A stretch of 64,000 bases of DNA, from positions 512,001-576,000 of the forward strand of contig CAWHTE010000003.1 of assembly GCA_963832165.1 (NCBI GenBank). Reading direction: 5' to 3'. This DNA is from an uncultured delta proteobacterium (GTDB lineage: Bacteria; Myxococcota_A; UBA9160; SMWR01). This document shows, piece by piece, positions 59,133 through 64,000 of this stretch. Under the pieces are notes generated by a model. That model was not told where the DNA came from, did no database searches, and saw only the letters and a program-made list of their open reading frames with translations. Position 1 is the first letter of the stretch; the number at the start of each line of letters is the position of its first letter. The position numbers were made by a program, and so were the translations under genes.

Positions 59133-60457
59133 GGCGTGTCGTCCAGCAGGCGCTGTGAGAGCGCACTCGTGAGCCGGCGCTCTGGATCCCACTTGCGCCG
59201 TACCTGGTTCCAGCGCGCCAGGCGCGGCTCCATCGCGGCGAAGTGATCGCGGCGCGTGAGCGCGTCCTTGGTGAGATAGATCCGGCCATCCGCTCCGATC
59301 ACGATCTCGTTCAGCGCGTCGACGAGGGCCTGCGTGGCAACGGGGCGGTAGGGCAGGTCTAGCGCGAGCGACATCCCGGGCATCGGGAACGAAATCATGC
59401 CCCGGCCCTCGGCTCCACAGTCCTTGATCACGGACACGGGCGACGCTCCCCCCATACGGCTCACGACCTCGAGCAGTCGGCGGAAGGTGTCGGGATCGGC
59501 GCCTTCCGGGATCACGCATTGGTATTGGGCCATTCCGCGGCGCCCGTAGAGGCGGTTCCAGTGCCGCACTTCGTCGAGCGGATAGAAGAACGGCTGGGGA
59601 TGGACGATCCGCTCGCGCACGGGTTCGCGGTGCGCGTGGAAGTAGAAGGTGTTGAAGGGCCGGATGCTCCACGGACCGACGAACCAGCCTGGCAGATCGA
59701 ACGGCACCGCGAAGCGCTCGCGCAGGCGAGGTGCTGAGGGGGGTGCCTCGTGTGCCTCCGCATAGCGCCCGCTCGTGACGATGCCGCGCCCGAGTGCGCT
59801 GCCGCGCGCGGTCGTGTCGACCCAGGCCGCGGCGAAGGGCGCGCTCGCGCTGGCCGACTTGAGCACCGCGATCAGCTCATCGAGATTGCGAACGCGCTCG
59901 CTCCGCCCCTGGATCCAGAAGCTCGGGATGCGCTCGAGCTGCAGCTCCACCTCGAGCACGTGACCCGTGAGCCCCATCCCGCCCAGCGTGGCGCGGAACA
60001 GATCGGGCTCGGACGCCTCATCCACCTCCAGCACGCGGCCGTCGCCGACGCGCATGCGCAGCGCGCGAACGTATTCACCCAGGCAGCCCGCGACGTGGTG
60101 GTTCTTGCCGTGCACGTCCGAGGCGACCATCCCGCCGAGCGTCACGTACTGGGTACCCGGAGAGACGGGGGAGGCCCAGCCGCGCGCCGGGAAGATCTCG
60201 TTGATCGCGCGCAGGGCGAGGCCTGCCTCAGCGCGCAGTACCCCGGTGTCGGCGTCGAAGGACAGGATGCGGTCCGCGCGGCGCGTGCAGAGCGCGGGGC
60301 CGCGGACGGGTAGGGACGCATCGCCGTACGAGCGCCCGAGTCCGCGCGAGATCGTGGCTTCGGCGCTCGCCGCTTCGAGGTTCTCGGCCTCTCGCTGTTC
60401 GGCGCGGACGACCGGGTAGCGGCCCCAGCCGCTGAGTTCCTTCATGGACGGGTTCAT
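59129..60457 (-). CDS. FAD-binding oxidoreductase, DprE1-like
   Basis: LSGWG, RGLGRSYGDA, PGTQYVTLGGMVASDVHGKNHH, GGMGLTG, FFYPLD...WNRLYG, QYQC, GRIYLTKD. Confidence 0.87.
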   Translation of the reverse strand: MNPSMKELSGWGRYPVVRAEQREAENLEAASAEATISRGLGRSYGDASLPVRGPALCTRRADRILSFDADTGVLRAEAGLALRAINEIFPARGWASPVSPGTQYVTLGGMVASDVHGKNHHVAGCLGEYVRALRMRVGDGRVLEVDEASEPDLFRATLGGMGLTGHVLEVELQLERIPSFWIQGRSERVRNLDELIAVLKSASASAPFAAAWVDTTARGSALGRGIVTSGRYAEAHEAPPSAPRLRERFAVPFDLPGWFVGPWSIRPFNTFYFHAHREPVRERIVHPQPFFYPLDEVRHWNRLYGRRGMAQYQCVIPEGADPDTFRRLLEVVSRMGGASPVSVIKDCGAEGRGMISFPMPGMSLALDLPYRPVATQALVDALNEIVIGADGRIYLTKDALTRRDHFAAMEPRLARWNQVRRKWDPERRLTSALSQRLLDDTP

Positions 60458-60506
60458 CGGGTCGGCACGCGCGAGGCGTGAGTTCGATCGTACCGCAATG
60501 GATTGG

Positions 60507-61805
60507 TTATGCGACGTGGAACCGCTTCATCTTCTTGTAGAGGCCCTCGCGCGTAAGCCCCAGCCTGCGCGCGGTTTCGCTGCGATGTCCCGCGTTCCGG
60601 TCGAGTGCGGAGCGGATCAGCCATGCCTCGACCCGCGCGAGCGTATCGCGCAGGTACTCGTCACCCGCGCATGCGAGTCCCTCGATCTCTGGCGGCGGCT
60701 TCTCCGCCGCGAGCAGGTCGAAGTGCTCCTCGCCGAGCGCCGCGCCGCGCGAAGCGAGCACGAGTGCGCGCAGGATCGCGTTCTCGAGCTCGCGCACGTT
60801 TCCGTTCCAACGATGCGCGAGAAGCCGACGCCGTGCCCCGGGCGAGAGCGTGCAGCTGGGCTTGCCTTCGCCGGCGCCGTGGAGATCGAGGAAGTGCTGC
60901 GCGAGTGCGACCACATCCTCGGGCCGTTCGCGCAGCGGCGGCAGCCGGATCGGGAACACGTGCAGCCGGAAGAACAGATCCTCGCGAAAGCGACCGCGTG
61001 CGACCTCGCGGTGCAGATCGCGGTGGGTCGCGGCGACGATGCGCACGTCCACGTCGCGAGAGCGCGTGCCGCCGAGCGGGCGCACGGCGCGATCCTGGAG
61101 CACGCGCAGGAGCTTCGCCTGGAAGGCGCCCGATGTTTCGCCGACCTCGTCGAGGAAGAGTGTTCCCGTGTGAGCTTCTTCGAATGCACCACGCCGATCC
61201 CGCTCGGCGCCCGTGAAGGCTCCGCGCGCGTGACCGAACAGCTCACTCTCGAGCAGCGAGTCGGGGAGCGCCGCGCAGTTGATTGCGACGAACGGGCGGT
61301 CGCAGCGCGCGCTGCCCGCATGGATCGCGCGCGCCACGACCTCCTTGCCGGAGCCCGTCTCCCCGAGCAGGAGCACCGTGACGCTCGAGCGGGCCGCGCG
61401 CTCCGCTAGCGCCGCGACCGTTCGCATGCCCGCGGATTCTGCGATGAACGGCGACCGGGGTGGTGCAGCGTCGCTCGCAGGAGTGCCGCTGCAAAGGGCG
61501 AGGAAACGATCGACGAGACCCGCGTCGTTGCTGCTCGATGGAATCACCGCCGAGGCCCCGCGCGCCAGCCAGTGCGAGTCGAGGTCCACGTCGCTCGTCC
61601 AGACGAGTACCGGCGTCTGGCGGGATTTGCGGCGCGCGAGCCAGCGATCCGCACCGCCGACTTCGGCATCGAGCACGACCAGGTCGCAATCCGGCGCGCG
61701 CTCGGGGCAGCGTGATTCCCATGCGATGTCGATGCGCGGGTCGTCAGCGAGGTGGCCGGGAAAGCCGCGCGCGGGTCCGATCCAGAGCAGGGTTTTGATG
61801 GGCAA
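60507..61805 (-). CDS. Sigma54-dependent enhancer-binding protein with degenerate receiver-like N-terminus
   Basis: [47 protein letters not shown]-terminal HTH; TTG start at 61805 after GGAGGA. Confidence 0.92.
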   Translation of the reverse strand: MPIKTLLWIGPARGFPGHLADDPRIDIAWESRCPERAPDCDLVVLDAEVGGADRWLARRKSRQTPVLVWTSDVDLDSHWLARGASAVIPSSSNDAGLVDRFLALCSGTPASDAAPPRSPFIAESAGMRTVAALAERAARSSVTVLLLGETGSGKEVVARAIHAGSARCDRPFVAINCAALPDSLLESELFGHARGAFTGAERDRRGAFEEAHTGTLFLDEVGETSGAFQAKLLRVLQDRAVRPLGGTRSRDVDVRIVAATHRDLHREVARGRFREDLFFRLHVFPIRLPPLRERPEDVVALAQHFLDLHGAGEGKPSCTLSPGARRRLLAHRWNGNVRELENAILRALVLASRGAALGEEHFDLLAAEKPPPEIEGLACAGDEYLRDTLARVEAWLIRSALDRNAGHRSETARRLGLTREGLYKKMKRFHVA

Positions 61806-61836
61806 GGGTCCTCCCGGGTGAGTGTGGGAGGACGAG

Positions 61837-61852
61837 AGCAAGCGGCGTGCCG
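61837..61852 (-). promoter_or_regulatory. Sigma54 (-24/-12) promoter of the EBP gene
   Basis: Minus strand CGGCACGCCGCTTGCT = YGGCAC-N5-TTGCW with exact GG-N10-GC spacing, about 30 nt before the start codon. Confidence 0.8.
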
Positions 61853-61924
61853 CTCTATTCGCGCCGGCAATGCCGAGATCAGGGAACGCGCGGCCACTGG
61901 CCGGCCACGGCCGGCCAAGTGGCC

Positions 61925-61964
61925 AGAAACAGAAGGGCCCGGGTCGCCGAAGCGACCCGGGCCC
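61925..61964 (-). terminator. Rho-independent terminator
   Basis: Minus strand GGGCCCGGGTCGC-TTCG-GCGACCCGGGCCC followed by TTCTGTTTCT, 24 nt after the stop at 61988. Confidence 0.88.
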
Positions 61965-61987
61965 GGTTGGTCTACAGAGCCAGTGCG

Positions 61988-62365
61988 TTAGTAGCGTCCG
62001 CGGTAGCCAACGTCCCTGCGGTAGTGACGCCGGTCGTCGCCGTCCCGATCACCGCGGCGCCAGTCGCGGCCGTGGTGGCGGTCCTTGTGGTGCCGGTGGT
62101 AGCCGCCGTAGTACGACGGCTGGTAGTACGGCCGCTCGTAGTAGACGGCGCGCGGCTGCTCATAGACGACGTACGGCCGCTCGTAGACGACCTCGTGCTG
62201 CACGACGACCGGAACCGGGAACGGGAACGGAGCCGAGAAGAAGAACCCGAAGTCCCCCGCCTTTGCCGGGGTCGCGGTGAACAGAACCATGCCAATCGCC
62301 ACAGCGAGAGCGGACAACGCGCGCGCCTTCGTGCGCGAGTTCGGGGTCGCGTTTCGGCGATCCAT
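61988..62365 (-). CDS. Small secreted Tyr/Pro/Arg-rich protein
   Basis: RBS AAGGAG; signal peptide ending PAKA; repeats [21 protein letters not shown]; followed by a terminator. Confidence 0.78.
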   Translation of the reverse strand: MDRRNATPNSRTKARALSALAVAIGMVLFTATPAKAGDFGFFFSAPFPFPVPVVVQHEVVYERPYVVYEQPRAVYYERPYYQPSYYGGYHRHHKDRHHGRDWRRGDRDGDDRRHYRRDVGYRGRY

Positions 62366-62512
62366 CTTTGATCTCCTTTTGATCCGAGGCCCGGTTCGGA
62401 ACCGGATCCTCTCAGTGGGTACGACGGGGCCCTCCCGGTCGTATTCGCGCCCGGCTCGAAATCGCAGTCGGACGGGCGCTTTCGCTGCATGACTGCACGT
62501 CAGGACCCAAAA

Positions 62513-62532
62513 ATTGTGATCCCCATCACAAT
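62513..62532. promoter_or_regulatory. CRP/FNR-family binding site
   Basis: Perfect palindrome ATTGTGAT-cccc-ATCACAAT (TGTGA-N6-TCACA) in a divergent intergenic region. Confidence 0.72.
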
Positions 62533-62612
62533 GGGCAACTCGCCAGCAAGAGGGGCGGTTCGCTCAATCCAGCGCGTCCGCGATCCGAACAGGGAGATTC
62601 GGGAGGCTCGCG

Positions 62613-63476
62613 ATGACTCTCGCCGTGCGAGTGCTCGGACTCGCCGCCTTCGTACTCGCGATTGCCGCGCCTGCGCGGAGCGAGATCTATCGCTGGACCG
62701 ATGCGGCCGGCCGCCTCCATTTCACTGAGCGCATCGAGCAGGTGCCTCCCGAGCACCGCGCTGCGGCGCGCGAGAGCGCCACTTCGAGTCGCGGTGCGGA
62801 CCGAGTTCACACCTACTCGGGATCCGCGTCGGATCCGCCCGCATCGCTCGCGCCCGACCGCCGTTCGCGCGGAGAGGTCGAGATCCCGTTCACGAAGATG
62901 GGATCCCTGATGCGCGTGGATGCGAGGGTCAATGGCGTCGTGTCGATCCCGTTCCTGATCGACACGGGCGCGAGCGGCGTCTCGATTCCCGCTTCCTACG
63001 CGTCGAAGCTCGGCGTCCGGATCCGGCCCGATACACCGCGCGTGCAGGTGACCACCGCGAACGGCGTGGTGGCGCGTCCGCTCATCTCACTCGATTCGAT
63101 CGAGCTCAATGGCGCGCGCGTCGAGAACCTCGCGGCGACCGTGGATCCGGGGCTGGAGTTCGGCCTGCTGGGCGGATCGTTCTTCAACAACTACATCTAT
63201 CGCGTGGACGCCGCGCGCGGTGTGATGACGCTCGAGCCGAACAGCGGGCTGCGCGGCGGAATGGACGAAGCGCAGTGGCGCGAGCGGTTCCGCACCTGGA
63301 CCGATCCGCTGCAGCGCCTCGACGCCTATCTGCGCGAGCATCCCTATATCGAAGCGCACGAGCGCGCGGCGCTCATGGAGCGCCAGCAGGAGCTCCAGGC
63401 GGGGCTCCGCGACCTCGAGCACCACGCGAACCAACTCGACGTGCCCCAGGTCTGGCGCGAAGGAGGCGGGCGATGA
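62613..63476 (+). CDS. DUF4124 + retropepsin-like (clan AA) aspartic protease
   Basis: Signal peptide; IYRWTDAAGRLHFT; FLIDTGAS; VTTANG; GLLGGSF. Confidence 0.88.
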   Translation: MTLAVRVLGLAAFVLAIAAPARSEIYRWTDAAGRLHFTERIEQVPPEHRAAARESATSSRGADRVHTYSGSASDPPASLAPDRRSRGEVEIPFTKMGSLMRVDARVNGVVSIPFLIDTGASGVSIPASYASKLGVRIRPDTPRVQVTTANGVVARPLISLDSIELNGARVENLAATVDPGLEFGLLGGSFFNNYIYRVDAARGVMTLEPNSGLRGGMDEAQWRERFRTWTDPLQRLDAYLREHPYIEAHERAALMERQQELQAGLRDLEHHANQLDVPQVWREGGGR

Positions 63477-64000
63477 GAATCCGGTCTGCAGCGATCACGG
63501 CACTGTTCGCCGTTCCCCTGCTCGCGACTCATGCGCATGCGGAGCTGTTTCGCTGCACGGGCCCCGACGGCAAGACGATCTTCACCGACCAGAAACATAC
63601 CTGCCCCGGTGCAGAGGCGTCGGAGCCGAGCGGGGTCGTGCACCGGGCGGAGACGCCCGAGAGCTCGAAGCGAGATGACGCGAGTGTTCCCGCTGCGCCC
63701 GCGCGCGATCCCCATGCGACCGAAGTCGAGGCGGAAGCGGCTGCGCAGTGGAAGCAGATGAAGCTCGACGCCCAGCAGCGCGTCGAGGAGATCGCCGCGC
63801 GGCGCGAGTGGATCCGGAGCTACGTGAGCTACTGCAACCGCGGCGGCTACGTGAAGACGAAGGACGAGGCCGGCCTCGACCAGGTCGTGAACTGCTCGGA
63901 GCTGCGCCGCGAGTTCCACGCCCTCGAAGCGCAGGAGGCGAGTGCGCGCGACTACCTGGCGACGGGACTGGCCGAGGAGTGTCGCCGCGCGGGCTGCCTG
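63473..64000 (+). CDS. DUF4124-like secreted protein, truncated by window end
   Basis: ATG overlaps the upstream TGA; MRIRSAAITALFAVPLLATHAHA signal, ELFRCTGPDGKTIFTD, coiled coil, EECRRAGCL. Confidence 0.75.
   Translation, partial: MRIRSAAITALFAVPLLATHAHAELFRCTGPDGKTIFTDQKHTCPGAEASEPSGVVHRAETPESSKRDDASVPAAPARDPHATEVEAEAAAQWKQMKLDAQQRVEEIAARREWIRSYVSYCNRGGYVKTKDEAGLDQVVNCSELRREFHALEAQEASARDYLATGLAEECRRAGCL

Noticed and set aside
1..64000. tRNA, rRNA, IS, integrase, prophage or defence genes
   Set aside because: No recognisable motifs by eye; intergenic gaps are short. tRNAscan, Rfam and defence-system scans were not run.

Overview
High-GC (roughly 70% by eye) genomic window from a diderm bacterium, most plausibly a Myxococcota/Deltaproteobacteria-type metagenomic contig (inference). 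It holds about 55 protein-coding genes; I could not support any rRNA, tRNA, CRISPR array, transposase or integrase. At least nine genes are split by single-base indels, several in short homopolymer runs, which looks like long-read sequencing error. Positions 1-37.2 kb form a block of envelope and stress genes: a tripartite RND pump, a patatin-Omp85 protein, four further outer-membrane barrels, SulP, AI-2E, many DUF lipoproteins, a Ca2+/H+ antiporter, MgtC/DUF4010, PPK2, fatty-acid cis/trans isomerase, Dcu-AspA-AnsB, Pta-AckA, an MscS/MscK-like channel, a K+ channel and a TerB-like protein. Positions 37.2-47 kb hold VWA-OmpA, putative F420-type oxidoreductases, an acyl-CoA ligase, a dockerin-like secreted protein, a ferritin-like gene pair and a cytochrome c'-like protein lacking CxxCH. 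Positions 47-64 kb hold TetR-MFP-RND, GST, NUDIX, cysS, a methyltransferase, a hydroxyacyl-CoA dehydrogenase, a degenerate tRNA nucleotidyltransferase, an acyltransferase, a DprE1/DprE2-like pair, a sigma54 activator preceded by its own sigma54 promoter, and DUF4124 proteins. Best candidates for undescribed biology: (i) an aspartase with a clear signal peptide next to a periplasmic asparaginase and a Dcu transporter, suggesting periplasmic Asn->Asp->fumarate double deamination; (ii) a catalytic plus ligand-degenerate ferritin-like pair with a cytoplasmic heme-protein homolog; (iii) a short repeat that supplies the C-termini of two adjacent proteins. All family calls come from motif recognition, not database searches.
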